Of a stretch of 64,000 nt of DNA, positions 28,158 through 38,098 are shown piece after piece. Each line of letters starts with the position of its first letter. Positions within the stretch are counted from its first letter, which is position 1. A program made the translations under genes and the position numbers. This DNA is from an uncultured Chloroflexia bacterium. Its GTDB lineage: Bacteria > Chloroflexota > Dehalococcoidia > SM23-28-2 > RBG-16-64-32. The notes beneath the pieces were generated by a model. That model ran no database searches and was not told where the DNA came from. It saw nothing but the letters and a program-made list of their open reading frames with translations. The DNA lies in NCBI GenBank assembly GCA_963738925.1, contig CAVTYE010000002.1:526157-590156 (forward strand). Direction: 5' to 3'.

Positions 28158-29039
28158 TTACTTCTCGATCGGCGCTCCCACGAGCGAGCCCCACTCCGTC
28201 CAGGAGCCGTCGTAGTTGCGGACGTTCGGGTAGCCCAGCAGGTGGGTCAGCACGAACCAGGTGTGGGCTGAGCGCTCACCGATGCGGCAGTAGGCGATGA
28301 TGTCCTTGTCCGGGGTGATCCCCTGGCTGCCATAGAGCTGCTCGAGCTCCGCGCGTGACTTGAACGTTCCGTCCTCAGCCACGGCCTGACCCCACGGGAT
28401 GTTCTTGGCGCCCGGAATGTGGCCGCCGCGCTGCGAGCCTTCCTGGGGCAGGTTTTCCGGGGCCAGGAGCTCGCCGGAGTACTCCTTCGGCGCGCGAACG
28501 TCGACGAGGCCGACGCCCTTCTTGTCGTAGCTCTTCAGGACCTCTTCTCGGAGGATGCGGATCTTGTTGTTGGGGCCGGAGACTTTGAAGCTCGTGGCCG
28601 GGTGGTTCGGCGCGTCGGTCACCATCGGCCGGCCCTCTTCCACCCACTTCTTGCGGCCGCCGTTCATCAGCTTCACGTTCTCCACGCCGTAGTACTTGAG
28701 CAGCCAGAGCGCGTAGGCGGCGAACCAGTTGTTGTTGTCGCCGGAGAGGATGATCGTCGTGTCCTTGTCGACGCCGGCCTTTGAGAGCAGGGCCTCGATG
28801 CCGGACTTGTCGGCGAGGTCGCGGACGACTTGCGTCTCCAGGTCGCGCTTCCAGTTCCAGCCGACGGCGCCCGGAGCGTGGCCGGTGTCATAGGCTGCGG
28901 TGTCGACGTCGACTTCGATCAGGCGGACCTTGGGGTCGTTAAGGTGCTCAGCCACCCATTCCGTGGTGACGAGGGAGTCTGGCTTGGCGTAGTCGCTCAC
29001 TTTCGGGGAACCTCCTTGGTTAGTGGCAGTGGTGGTCAT
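28158..29039 (-). CDS. Thiosulfate/3-mercaptopyruvate sulfurtransferase (tandem rhodanese domains)
   Basis: 293 aa with two rhodanese modules and the active-site loop YCRIGERS. It has an AAGGAGG SD. Confidence 0.88.
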   Translation of the reverse strand: MTTTATNQGGSPKVSDYAKPDSLVTTEWVAEHLNDPKVRLIEVDVDTAAYDTGHAPGAVGWNWKRDLETQVVRDLADKSGIEALLSKAGVDKDTTIILSGDNNNWFAAYALWLLKYYGVENVKLMNGGRKKWVEEGRPMVTDAPNHPATSFKVSGPNNKIRILREEVLKSYDKKGVGLVDVRAPKEYSGELLAPENLPQEGSQRGGHIPGAKNIPWGQAVAEDGTFKSRAELEQLYGSQGITPDKDIIAYCRIGERSAHTWFVLTHLLGYPNVRNYDGSWTEWGSLVGAPIEK

Positions 29040-29113
29040 GCGGAACCTCCTTGGGTCTTCTGCGGCTCAGATTGTACGCACTTGGGGGCGATTTACAAGC
29101 CGCTGGCCCAACT

Positions 29114-29143
29114 ATTGTATAGTAAGTCGCTAAACATGGTCAA
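29114..29143 (-). promoter_or_regulatory. Candidate sigma-70-type promoter for the rhodanese gene
   Basis: On the minus strand: TTGACC (29143-29138), an 18-nt spacer, then TACAAT (29119-29114, within TATACAAT). A second TTGTAA-N16-TACAAT lies at 29098-29071. Confidence 0.4.
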
Positions 29144-29147
29144 GAAA

Positions 29148-29543
29148 TCAGGCTCTGGCGACGACCTTTGCCGCCAGGCGCTTCGGGGCTTGCAGCAGGT
29201 AGCTCCCGGCCAGCAGGTGCTCAACCTCCGCCCAGTTCACTTTCGCCAGGTCCAGCCGCAAGCCGACCCAGCCGCTGGGACCCAGGTAGGCCGGGATGTA
29301 GAAGCGCTTCGGGTCGTCGCCGGCGAGGCGGGAGTTCTCGCCCGGGGGCACCTTGGCGCAGAGGCCGATCACGCCGTCGTCGTGGTGGTGGTGCAGGTAG
29401 TAGCCAAACGTCTTCTTGCCGACGAAGAACTTGCGGTGCTCGCCGCGGCGGCCGGTGATCTCGGTGCCGGCCTCGGGCAGCGCCTCGGCGAGCTTCGTCA
29501 GGTGGGCCAGCCGCGACTTCTCGCTATCGTTAGCCTTTGCCAA
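29148..29543 (-). CDS. MmcQ/YjbR-family protein
   Basis: 131 aa. FVGKKTFGYY, PAYLGPSGWVGLRLD and a conserved C-terminal region match the YjbR fold family. Confidence 0.7.
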   Translation of the reverse strand: MAKANDSEKSRLAHLTKLAEALPEAGTEITGRRGEHRKFFVGKKTFGYYLHHHHDDGVIGLCAKVPPGENSRLAGDDPKRFYIPAYLGPSGWVGLRLDLAKVNWAEVEHLLAGSYLLQAPKRLAAKVVARA

Positions 29544-30783
29544 CCCGATTCACCACGTCTGCCAGGGCGACTATCTCCTGTGCGCCGCCGTCCAGCGTCT
29601 TGAGCGTCACGGAACCCTCCGCCAGCTCACGCTCGCCGATGATGGCGACTCGCCGCGCGCCCAGGGAGTCAGCGTGCCGCATCTGCGCTTTCAGAGAGCG
29701 CTCCCCGGACGCGACGACTGCCGGGACGCCGGAGCGACGAAGGTCGGAGGCCAGTTTGAAGGCGACGGCGCGCGCCGCCGGTGTCTGGTAGGCCACGTAA
29801 AGCTCCAGCGGTGACTGCTCAGGCAGCGGTATCTCCTGGCGCTTGAGGTTGATGATGATGCGTTCGATCCCGGTTCCGAAGCCGATGCCGGGCGTCGGCT
29901 TGCCGCCGAGCTGTTCGATCAGCCCGTCGTACCTGCCGCCGCCGCCAATACTGCTCTGGCCGCCTTCCTCACGCGGCTTCACCTCGAAGACCGTCCGAGT
30001 GTAGTAGTCGAGCCCCCGCACAAGCCGCGGGTCGATCGTGTAGGCGATGCCAACGTCGTCGAGATAGCCCCGCAGCCGGGAGAAGTGTTCGGCGCAGGGG
30101 TCGCAGAGGTGGTCGGTAAAGGCCGGCGCTCCAGCGATCACCGACTGGCAGCGCTCGTCCTTGCAGTCCAGCAGGCGCAGCGGGTTCTTTTCGTAGCGCG
30201 CGCGGTCGTCATCGCACACCCTGTCCAGCTTGTCGGCGTAGTAGGCCCGGAGCGCGTCCAGGTACTGCGGTCGGCAGTTCCCGTCGCCGATCGAGTTCAG
30301 ATGCAGCGTCAGGCCGGTCAGCCCCAGCTCTTCGTAGAGCCGCCAGAGCAGCTCGATCATCTCGGCGTCGATCGCCGGGTCGTCTTCACCGATCGCTTCG
30401 GCCCCGAACTGATGGTGCTCCCGGTAGCGGCCGGCCTGTGGCCTGTCGTAACGGAAGTTCGGCATCCAGTACCAGAGGCGGACCGGCTGTGGCAGGTTCT
30501 GCATTCCGTGCTGGAGGTAGGCGCGGCAGACGGGCGCAGTGCCCTCCGGCCGCAGCGCCAGGTCCTGGTCGCCGCGGTCCTTGAACACGTACATCTCTTT
30601 CTGCACGATGTCCGTCGCCTCGCCGACGCGCAAGAAGAGCGAGGCGTCCTCAAAGATCGGCGTTTCGATCACGCTATAGCGGAACTGGCGGCACAAACGC
30701 GCCGCCGTCTCGTGGACGTAGTCCCACCACGGCTGTTCATCGGGCAGGATGTCCTGGGTGCCCCGCGGGGCCTGGTACGGCAT
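29530..30783 (-). CDS. hisS: Histidine--tRNA ligase
   Basis: PRGTQDILP, LALRPEGTAP, FRYDRPQAGRYREHHQFG and GGGRYDGL motifs; 417 aa. Confidence 0.94.
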   Translation of the reverse strand: MPYQAPRGTQDILPDEQPWWDYVHETAARLCRQFRYSVIETPIFEDASLFLRVGEATDIVQKEMYVFKDRGDQDLALRPEGTAPVCRAYLQHGMQNLPQPVRLWYWMPNFRYDRPQAGRYREHHQFGAEAIGEDDPAIDAEMIELLWRLYEELGLTGLTLHLNSIGDGNCRPQYLDALRAYYADKLDRVCDDDRARYEKNPLRLLDCKDERCQSVIAGAPAFTDHLCDPCAEHFSRLRGYLDDVGIAYTIDPRLVRGLDYYTRTVFEVKPREEGGQSSIGGGGRYDGLIEQLGGKPTPGIGFGTGIERIIINLKRQEIPLPEQSPLELYVAYQTPAARAVAFKLASDLRRSGVPAVVASGERSLKAQMRHADSLGARRVAIIGERELAEGSVTLKTLDGGAQEIVALADVVNRVGKG

Positions 30784-30831
30784 GGACTAAGGGTAAACGG
30801 AGGAAGGGGGAGTGGGGAAGGAGGCGACCGG

Positions 30832-32394
30832 TTAGTCCAGAATCGTAGAGCCGACCAGCGGACAACTTGGCTGCAGGCCGACCTCCGAGAGATTGGCCAC
30901 GTGCCGCAGGATGTCCAGGGCGTCCAGGCCGGAGGAAAAGCCATCGCAGTTGATATCGCCGACGTTGGCGAAGGCGCCGGCCGGCTGGGCATCAAGGCAA
31001 CCGGTCGGGTTGTCGTCGTGCGTTCCGAGGTATTTGAGAAGGGCAAGCATGTCCTGGACGGTCACGAATCCGTCGCAGGTCAGGTCGCCCTGGATGCGTT
31101 GCCCGGACGCGGTTGGCTGGGGGCTATGGGTTGGCGTCGGCGACGGGCTGTGCGTCGGCGTCGGGGATGCGCTCTGAGCCGGGGACTGCGTTGGCGGAGG
31201 CGTCACCAGGTTGGGGCTGGTGCCGTAGTCGCCAATGGTCGCATCCCATGAGCCTGTGATCGGAGTCGTAGGGCCGGTCGTCCAGGAGCCGTTGCCGTTG
31301 GCGAACCAGATGTAACTGTCGCCGTTAGAGACGTAGAAGAAGATGTCCGCCTTGTTGTCGGAGTTGAAGTGCCCAACCACGAGGTTCTTTTTGCCCGGGA
31401 AATCCGTCGGTTGGCCGACCTGCGAGAATCCGCCGTCCGACGTGGCATCGTAGACATACGACGTTCCACCCAGGAAATTGCTGTATAAGAAGATGTCGTC
31501 TTTGCCGTTGCCGGTGAAGTCGCCGACGAGCACGCCGGACCTGTTGCCGTACGTAATGCTCTGATGGGTCTCAGCGAACCCGTCGCCGGTATTCTTGAAG
31601 TAGATCTTGAAGGTATTGCTGGTGTTTTGACCGTCGCCCTTTTCTTCGACAAGGTCTGCCAGGCCATCGCCGTTGAAGTCACCGGCGGTGAAGATAGGGT
31701 AGGCGTCACCGTTGAAAGGCGCGGGCTGGGTATCCTCCGTCCAGCCACCGGTCCCATTCGCGTAGAGTGTCAGACCTTCATTCCGGGTGTCAGCGTAGTA
31801 GACGAATATGTCATCACGCGTGTCGGAGTTGAAGCGTCCGACAGCGTATGACGAGAAGCCGCTGTAGGCTTTGTGTGGGGGAGGCTGGTCTATCTCATTC
31901 CACGTGCCGTCTCCCACAGCGAACTGGACGTCGCTCAGCGATCCAGAGTTGCGCCAGACGTCCGTCAGCCCATCGCCGTTGAAGTCACCGACGATTAGCT
32001 TGGAGTCCGTGGGCCAGTAGAAGTTTTGCTTCTGTGTCCACACCCCATCGCCGTTAGCGATCAGGATCGTTTCGATGCCATCATCGGCGTGGTAGAGCAA
32101 CAAGTCGGTGAGGCCATCATTGTTGAAGTGGCCGGGGAAGACGTCCCAGTAGAACGGGCTCCCGCCGGAGCCGTGCTCACCATCCGTGAACGTTCCATCA
32201 CCATCGCTGAAGCTGACGAAGTTGTGCCCGGCGTCATCTATGAAGAAGACGTCGTCCAGGCCGTCAGGGGCGACGGGTGCGGCGGCGGGCGGTGCTGCCT
32301 GTACCGAAGTGCCCGGCCCGCGATTGCCAAACGACAGTAGCGCAACGACCAGGGTGGCCGCGATTGTCACACCAAACGCCAGGAGCTTACGCAT
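30832..32394 (-). CDS. Secreted FG-GAP/VCBS-repeat protein with a C-terminal dockerin-like pair
   Basis: It has six or more GDFNGDGxxD-type repeats, a PT linker, then two EF-hand-like dockerin segments (GDLTCDGFVTVQDMLALLKYL and GDINCDGFSSGLDALDILRHV). Confidence 0.8.
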   Translation of the reverse strand: MRKLLAFGVTIAATLVVALLSFGNRGPGTSVQAAPPAAAPVAPDGLDDVFFIDDAGHNFVSFSDGDGTFTDGEHGSGGSPFYWDVFPGHFNNDGLTDLLLYHADDGIETILIANGDGVWTQKQNFYWPTDSKLIVGDFNGDGLTDVWRNSGSLSDVQFAVGDGTWNEIDQPPPHKAYSGFSSYAVGRFNSDTRDDIFVYYADTRNEGLTLYANGTGGWTEDTQPAPFNGDAYPIFTAGDFNGDGLADLVEEKGDGQNTSNTFKIYFKNTGDGFAETHQSITYGNRSGVLVGDFTGNGKDDIFLYSNFLGGTSYVYDATSDGGFSQVGQPTDFPGKKNLVVGHFNSDNKADIFFYVSNGDSYIWFANGNGSWTTGPTTPITGSWDATIGDYGTSPNLVTPPPTQSPAQSASPTPTHSPSPTPTHSPQPTASGQRIQGDLTCDGFVTVQDMLALLKYLGTHDDNPTGCLDAQPAGAFANVGDINCDGFSSGLDALDILRHVANLSEVGLQPSCPLVGSTILD

Positions 32395-32463
32395 GGCTGT
32401 TGGAGCGAGATGTTAGGGTTCGGGCGAGGCAAGGTCAACCACGAATGCTAAACTTGCATCAGG

Positions 32464-34923
32464 ATGACCACGAAAGAGGAAAAGCTAGGGGCGGCCTTGC
32501 TTGAGAAGGTCGCCGAATACATGCCCGATTCCGCCCAAAAGCTCGTCAGCGACGCGCTCGAGTTCGCCATCGAGTCACACGAAGGTCAGGTGCGCAAGAA
32601 CGGCGACCCCGTGATCACCCACCCGCTGCACGCGGCCGAGACGATCGCCTCTTTGCAGCTCGATGCGGCTACGATCGCCGCCGCACTCCTCCACGACGTG
32701 CAGGAAGACTGCAACGTCAGCAACGCCGAGATCAGCAAGCGTTTCGGGGCCGACGTGGCCCTGATGGTGGAAGGCGTGACCAAGCTCGGCCGGATCGGCG
32801 GGCAGGCGGCGGACGCCGAGACGGTGGACCGCCAGATGCAGGCGGAGAACCTGCGCAAGATGTTCCTGGCGATGGCCCAGGACCTGCGAGTCGTCATCAT
32901 CAAGCTGGCCGACCGTCTGCACAACATGCGCACACTCTGGGCGCTGGACCGGCCAAAACAGCTGCGGATCGCCAAGGAGACGATGGAGATCTACGCGCCG
33001 CTGGCCGCCCGCCTGGGGATCTGGGAGATGAAGTGGCAGCTAGAAGACCTGGCCTTCCGCTACCTGGAGCCGGAACACTACAAGCGCGTGGCGGAGATGC
33101 TGGAAGTGAAACGCTCGGCGCGCGAGCAGTACGTCGCGGAGGTCTGCCAGATCCTCAAGGACGAGCTGGCCAAGCACGACATCAAGGCCGAGGTCTACGG
33201 CCGCGCCAAGCACATCTACAGCATCTACAAGAAGATCGACAAGTACGCCGCCGACGGCCGCGACATGGACGACATCTACGACCTGCTGGCCGTGCGCCTG
33301 CTCGTCGACACTGTGACAGACTGCTACAGCGCGCTGGGCGTCGTCCACGGGATGTGGCGGCCCCTGACAGGTACCTTCGACGACTACATCGCCAACCCGA
33401 AGGAGAGCATGTACCAGTCGCTGCACACGACGGTGATGGCGCTCAACACCCAGCCGCTGGAGGTGCAGATCAGGACGCACGAGATGCACGACGCGGCCGA
33501 GTTCGGCATCGCGGCGCACTGGCGCTACAAGGAGGGCGGCGGCAACCGCGACCCCCACTATGAGGAGCGCCTGGCCTGGCTGCGTCAGCTCCTGGACTGG
33601 CAGAGCGACATGTCACCAGCCGAGGAGATGATCGAGGCCGTCAAGACCGACATCTTCCAGGACCAGGTCTACATCTTCACGCCGAAGGGCGAGATCAAGG
33701 ACCTGCCCGCTGGCAGCACGCCGCTGGACTTCGCCTACCGGATCCACACGGACCTGGGGCACCGCTGCGTGGGTGCCAAGGTCAACGGCCGCCTCGTCTC
33801 CTTGAACTTCGTGCTGAAGAACGGCGAGGTCGTCGAGATCTTGACCAGCAAGACATCCAAGGGCCCCTCGCGCGACTGGATGAACGCCAACCTCGGCTAC
33901 CTGCGCACAACCCACGCCCGCGAAAAGGTCCGCACCTGGTTCAAGCGCCAGGAGAGGGCGGAGAACATAGCGCGCGGCAAGGAGATGATCGAAAAGGAGC
34001 TGGCCCGCATCGGCACCAGCCTCTCCGAGATGCAGGAGGAGCTGCTCAAGCTGTTCAAGTTCGACGATGTCGAGGACTTCTTCCTGCGCGTCGGCTACGG
34101 CGAGATCAGCACGCAGCATGTCGGCAACAAGGTCGCGCACTACCTGGAAGAGACCGCCGAGCCCCAGCAGATCGAAGCGCCCAAGCAGGCGACGTACACG
34201 ACGAGCATCCGCGTCCTGGGCACCGGCGACCTGCTGACCCGCCTCTCCAAGTGCTGCAACCCGGTCCCCGGCGACGCGATCATCGGCTACGTCACCCGCG
34301 GCGAGGGCGTCTCCGTGCACCGCCGCAACTGCAAGAACATCCTCAACGAGGACGAGAAGGAGCGCCTGGTAGACGTGGAGTGGGGCCAGCGCGGCCAGCT
34401 CTACCCCGTGGCCGTGCACATCGAGGCCTGGGACCGCGTCGGCCTGCTGCGCGATATCGCCACGCTCTGCGCGGAGGAAAAGGTAAACATGGTCGGCGTC
34501 CACACCCAGGAGGGCAACGACGGCCGCATCACGATCCACGTCACGCTGGAGACCTCCGGCATCGAGCAGCTGGCCCGCCTGCTGAGCAAGCTGGAGGGCA
34601 TCCGTGGCGTCCAGACCGTCAGCCGCCGCCTCGAAGGCGCCCGCCGCTCAGCGTACAACGCCGCTAAGAGGCGAACAGGCCCAGGTCAAACTCCCCGTAG
34701 GCTTCGATCACCGCGTCAGCTTCATCCTGCGGCGGCAGCGCTGTCGACGCCGCGCGGGACTGCACCGCGTACATCCCGGCGGCCTTGGCGGCGCGGATGC
34801 CGGTGCGCGTATCCTCCACGGCGACGCAGAGCTTCGGGTCGATGCCCAGGTTCTCCGCCGCTTTCAAGTAGAGGTCTGGCGCGGGCTTGGCGTGCGGCAC
34901 CTCGCCCGCGGCCACGGTGGTAG
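32464..34923 (+). CDS. relA: Bifunctional (p)ppGpp synthetase/hydrolase (RelA/SpoT homolog); the last ~85 codons are doubtful
   Basis: It has the HD domain (HPLHAAE, LLHDVQED), a synthetase domain (YKKIDKY...SLHTTV, QIRTHEMH), a TGS domain (FTPKGEIKDLPAGSTPLDFAY) and an ACT domain. The tail is Arg/Pro-rich and antisense to the HAD gene. Confidence 0.9.
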   Translation: MTTKEEKLGAALLEKVAEYMPDSAQKLVSDALEFAIESHEGQVRKNGDPVITHPLHAAETIASLQLDAATIAAALLHDVQEDCNVSNAEISKRFGADVALMVEGVTKLGRIGGQAADAETVDRQMQAENLRKMFLAMAQDLRVVIIKLADRLHNMRTLWALDRPKQLRIAKETMEIYAPLAARLGIWEMKWQLEDLAFRYLEPEHYKRVAEMLEVKRSAREQYVAEVCQILKDELAKHDIKAEVYGRAKHIYSIYKKIDKYAADGRDMDDIYDLLAVRLLVDTVTDCYSALGVVHGMWRPLTGTFDDYIANPKESMYQSLHTTVMALNTQPLEVQIRTHEMHDAAEFGIAAHWRYKEGGGNRDPHYEERLAWLRQLLDWQSDMSPAEEMIEAVKTDIFQDQVYIFTPKGEIKDLPAGSTPLDFAYRIHTDLGHRCVGAKVNGRLVSLNFVLKNGEVVEILTSKTSKGPSRDWMNANLGYLRTTHAREKVRTWFKRQERAENIARGKEMIEKELARIGTSLSEMQEELLKLFKFDDVEDFFLRVGYGEISTQHVGNKVAHYLEETAEPQQIEAPKQATYTTSIRVLGTGDLLTRLSKCCNPVPGDAIIGYVTRGEGVSVHRRNCKNILNEDEKERLVDVEWGQRGQLYPVAVHIEAWDRVGLLRDIATLCAEEKVNMVGVHTQEGNDGRITIHVTLETSGIEQLARLLSKLEGIRGVQTVSRRLEGARRSAYNAAKRRTGPGQTPRRLRSPRQLHPAAAALSTPRGTAPRTSRRPWRRGCRCAYPPRRRRASGRCPGSPPLSSRGLARAWRAAPRPRPRW

Positions 34924-35317
34924 CGAAGGCGCCGGCGAGGCCCACGCCCTTCAGCGTCGCGTCCACCCACTGCCGCAACGAGGCAGAGGCGAGACCCACA
35001 GGGATCCCGCGCCACTTCAGCTCGGCCAGGAGTTCGCGGACGCCGGGCAGCGGCTCAACGGCCTGCGATAGCAGCTCCAGCACAGCTTCGTCGTAGAGGT
35101 GATAGAAGCGCCCGGGCGACTCGGTGATCCCGTAACGCTGCAACACCCACTCCCAGGCCGCCTCCACGGAGCTGCCGATGATGTGCGCGTAGTCCTCCGG
35201 CGTAACCACCTGGCCGTACGGCTTGAGTACCACGTTGAACGCCTCATGGTACAGCGGCTCACCGTCCCAGATCACGCCGTCCAGGTCGAAGACGACCGCG
35301 CGGTAGGGCCCGCTCAC
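34664..35317 (-). CDS. HAD-superfamily hydrolase (beta-phosphoglucomutase-like subfamily IA)
   Basis: It has the motifs VVFDLDGVI, GLASAS, K(PAPD) and VEDTRTG. I chose the GTG at 35317, which overlaps the methyltransferase stop as GTGA; the ORF track starts at 35335. Confidence 0.85.
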   Translation of the reverse strand: MSGPYRAVVFDLDGVIWDGEPLYHEAFNVVLKPYGQVVTPEDYAHIIGSSVEAAWEWVLQRYGITESPGRFYHLYDEAVLELLSQAVEPLPGVRELLAELKWRGIPVGLASASLRQWVDATLKGVGLAGAFATTVAAGEVPHAKPAPDLYLKAAENLGIDPKLCVAVEDTRTGIRAAKAAGMYAVQSRAASTALPPQDEADAVIEAYGEFDLGLFAS

Positions 35318-36087
35318 GCCGACGCCTTGACGCACTGGAGAAGCATCATCGCCGGGGCGCGGGCGTACTCACGGAGCCAGTCGCGCTGGGCCATCACCTC
35401 TTCGGCCGGCACCGGCTCGAAGATGTCGCGGATCAGCAGGCCGGCGTCTCGGCAGGCGTGGGCGTACTCGCTGAGCGGGCGGTGGTAGTTGATCGTCTCC
35501 ACCGGCGCGGTCGGCCACATCTTGAAGCGCAGCTCGCGGGCCGGGTAGTAGTTGTCGAGCTTCTTGTAGAGCTTGTCCCTGTCCATGATCGGGACGATGC
35601 CCGGCTTCCGCGGTTCCCACGCCGCATCGGGTGTCATAAAGCAGGGGTGTACCAGCGACAGGTGCAACTCACCGCCGGGACGGAGCACCCGCGCGATCTC
35701 CAGCAGGGCGCGCTCGTAGTCCGGCACGTCGATGATTGAGAGGTAGGAGACAACGAGGTCGAACGCCTCGCCAGCGAACCGGGAGAGGTCCGTCATGTCC
35801 GCGACAAGATACTTGATGCCGAGCGGCTTCTCAGCCTCCAGGCGGCCGGCGATATCGATCATGCGCGACGAAAAGTCGAGCGCGGTCACCTCTGCGCCGC
35901 GCTCCGCCAGCATCCGGGCGAAGCGGCCCTCGCCGCAGCCGGCGTCCAGCACGCGCTTGCCGCTCACCTCGCCGAGCAGGCGCAGGTGGGCCGGGTCGAG
36001 GACGTAGGTGCGGTTGTCGTTGTGGTGGACCCACTCGCTCCAGCCGTCCGCCAGCGCGTCCCAGGCGCGCAGGTCTTCGTTGTTCAT
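35314..36087 (-). CDS. Class I SAM-dependent methyltransferase
   Basis: It has the VLDAGCGEGR glycine-rich SAM motif and an acidic residue after beta-2 (LDFS). Its start overlaps the lysS stop as ATGA. Confidence 0.85.
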   Translation of the reverse strand: MNNEDLRAWDALADGWSEWVHHNDNRTYVLDPAHLRLLGEVSGKRVLDAGCGEGRFARMLAERGAEVTALDFSSRMIDIAGRLEAEKPLGIKYLVADMTDLSRFAGEAFDLVVSYLSIIDVPDYERALLEIARVLRPGGELHLSLVHPCFMTPDAAWEPRKPGIVPIMDRDKLYKKLDNYYPARELRFKMWPTAPVETINYHRPLSEYAHACRDAGLLIRDIFEPVPAEEVMAQRDWLREYARAPAMMLLQCVKASA

Positions 36088-37553
36088 TGCCGTTCGCGCA
36101 GGGCCGGGAACAGGATCACCTCGCGGATGGACTGGACGCCGGTCAGCGCCATGATCAGGCGGTCGATGCCGATGCCGAGGCCTCCGGTCGGCGGCATCCC
36201 GTGCTCCAGCGCCACCAGGAAGTCCTCATCGGCGAGCTCGGCCTCGTCGTCGCCCTCGGCGCGGAGCCGGGCCTGCTCGATAAAGCGCTCCCGCTGGTCG
36301 ATCGGGTCGTTGAGCTCGGTGTAGGCGTTGCCGACCTCGCGGCCGCAGATGAAGAACTCGAAGCGCTCCACGTAGCCCGGCGCGCCGGGCTTGCGCTTGG
36401 CCAGCGGCGACAGCTCGATCGGATAGTCGATCAGGAACGTGGGCTGCATGAGATGCGGCTCCACGAAGACGGTCATCAGTTCGTCGATCAGCTTGCCGCG
36501 CCCCCAGCTCTCCTCGGCGTGGTGGCCGAGCTTCGTGAAGGCGGCGCGCAGCGAATCGGCGTCCTTGTAGTCCTCGATGTCGGGGCCGCCACGGTCGATG
36601 ATCGCCTGGCGCAGGGGGAGCCGGGGCCACGGCGGCGTAAAGTCGATCGCGTGCTCGCCGTACTGCACGCTGGTCTCGCCAAGTACGTCGCCGGCGACGG
36701 TGAAGACGAGCTCCTCGACCAGCGCCATGATCTCGTTGTAGTCGGCGTAGGCCTGGTAGAGCTCCAGCATCGTGAACTCCGGGTTGTACTTCGTAGACAC
36801 GCCCTCGTTGCGGAAGATGCGGCCGATCTCGAACACCTTGTCGAAGCCGCCGACGACCAGCCGCTTGAGGTGCAACTCGATGGCGATACGGAGGAAGAAG
36901 TCGCGGTCCAGCGTGTTGTGGTGCGTGATGAACGGCCGCGCCGCCGCGCCGCCCGCCGTGCCCTGCAGGATCGGCGTCTCGACCTCCAGGTAACCGCGTT
37001 CGTCGAGGAAGCTGCGGATTCGGGCGATCGCCTTCGACCGCGTCTCGAAGATGGCGCGAGCTTCCGGGTTGGACAGCAGGTCAAGGTAGCGCTGGCGGTA
37101 GCGTTGCTCAACGTCCTGCAGGCCATGCCACTTTTCCGGCGGCGGTCGCAGCGCCTTGGCCAGCACCGTGAACTCGCGCACTTCGACGGTTGGTTCGCCG
37201 GTCTTAGTGCGGAAGAGGTGGCCGGTGACGCCGAGGAAATCGCCCAGGTCCATCTCTTTGAGGATGGCGTAGGCCTCAGCGCCCAGGGTCTCTTGCTTGA
37301 AGTAGGCCTGGATGCGGCCGGACCCGTCGCGGAGGTCCCAGAAGGAGGCCTTGCCCATGCCGCGCATCGCCATGATCCGCCCGGCGATGGTCACGTCGGG
37401 CCCCGGCGCCGCAGCACCCTCGGCGGGGGCGAGGTCAGCTGCCTCGGCTGCGGTGTGCGTGCGGCTGAAGCGCGGCGGGTAGGGGTCGATGCCGCGGGCG
37501 CGCAGCTGCGCGAGCTTCTCTTTGCGCTGGGCGATCAGTTCGTCTTCGGACAT
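36084..37553 (-). CDS. lysS: Lysine--tRNA ligase (class II)
   Basis: It has an OB-fold N-domain, class II motifs (FRNEG, GGLGIGIDRL) and is 489 aa. Confidence 0.94.
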   Translation of the reverse strand: MSEDELIAQRKEKLAQLRARGIDPYPPRFSRTHTAAEAADLAPAEGAAAPGPDVTIAGRIMAMRGMGKASFWDLRDGSGRIQAYFKQETLGAEAYAILKEMDLGDFLGVTGHLFRTKTGEPTVEVREFTVLAKALRPPPEKWHGLQDVEQRYRQRYLDLLSNPEARAIFETRSKAIARIRSFLDERGYLEVETPILQGTAGGAAARPFITHHNTLDRDFFLRIAIELHLKRLVVGGFDKVFEIGRIFRNEGVSTKYNPEFTMLELYQAYADYNEIMALVEELVFTVAGDVLGETSVQYGEHAIDFTPPWPRLPLRQAIIDRGGPDIEDYKDADSLRAAFTKLGHHAEESWGRGKLIDELMTVFVEPHLMQPTFLIDYPIELSPLAKRKPGAPGYVERFEFFICGREVGNAYTELNDPIDQRERFIEQARLRAEGDDEAELADEDFLVALEHGMPPTGGLGIGIDRLIMALTGVQSIREVILFPALRERQ

Positions 37554-37629
37554 GCGATTGAGGGGCGGTGGCGGATGCGATGAAAGGCCGGGCAGCCCGC
37601 CTGATTGTAGCCGCGCGCTAGTTGGGCGG

Positions 37630-38098
37630 CTAGTCGATCTTGACGACGGTCCAGGTCATCATGCCGGCCGGCGCCTTGACCTCGATCGTGTCGCCGAGCT
37701 TCTTGTCGAGCAGGGATGCGCCGACGGGAGACTCGTTGCTGATCTTGCCGGCCTTGGGGTCAGCCTCGGCCATGCCGACGATGGTGTAGACGGACTCTTT
37801 GCCGTTGGCGTCGCGCACCTTGACCTTGGAGCCCAGCGAAACCTTCTGGTGATCGCTGCTTGTGGTCGATCATCACGGCGTTCTGGAGCATGCTCTCGAT
37901 CTCCTGGATCCGGCCCTCAACAAAGGCCTGCTCGGCGCGAACGTCCTCGTATTCGGGAGCGTTCTGGGCGCCGACAAGCTCCTTGGCGTCGTGAATCTTC
38001 TGGGCCACCTCCGCGCGGCGCACGGTGACCAGCTCGTCAAGCTCTTTTTGCAGCTTGTCCATACCATCCTTGGTAAGCGGTACTTGCTTGGATACCAT
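37630..38098 (-). pseudogene. greA: Transcription elongation factor GreA, interrupted by a 1-nt frame break
   Basis: The N-terminal coiled coil (MVSKQVPLTKDGMDKLQKELDEL...AVMID) is in one frame. The C-terminal domain (KVSLGSKVKVRDANGKESVYTIVG...ISNESPVGASLL) is in the +1 frame (ORF 37630..37818). The 469-nt span equals 156 codons plus 1 nt. Confidence 0.85.
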
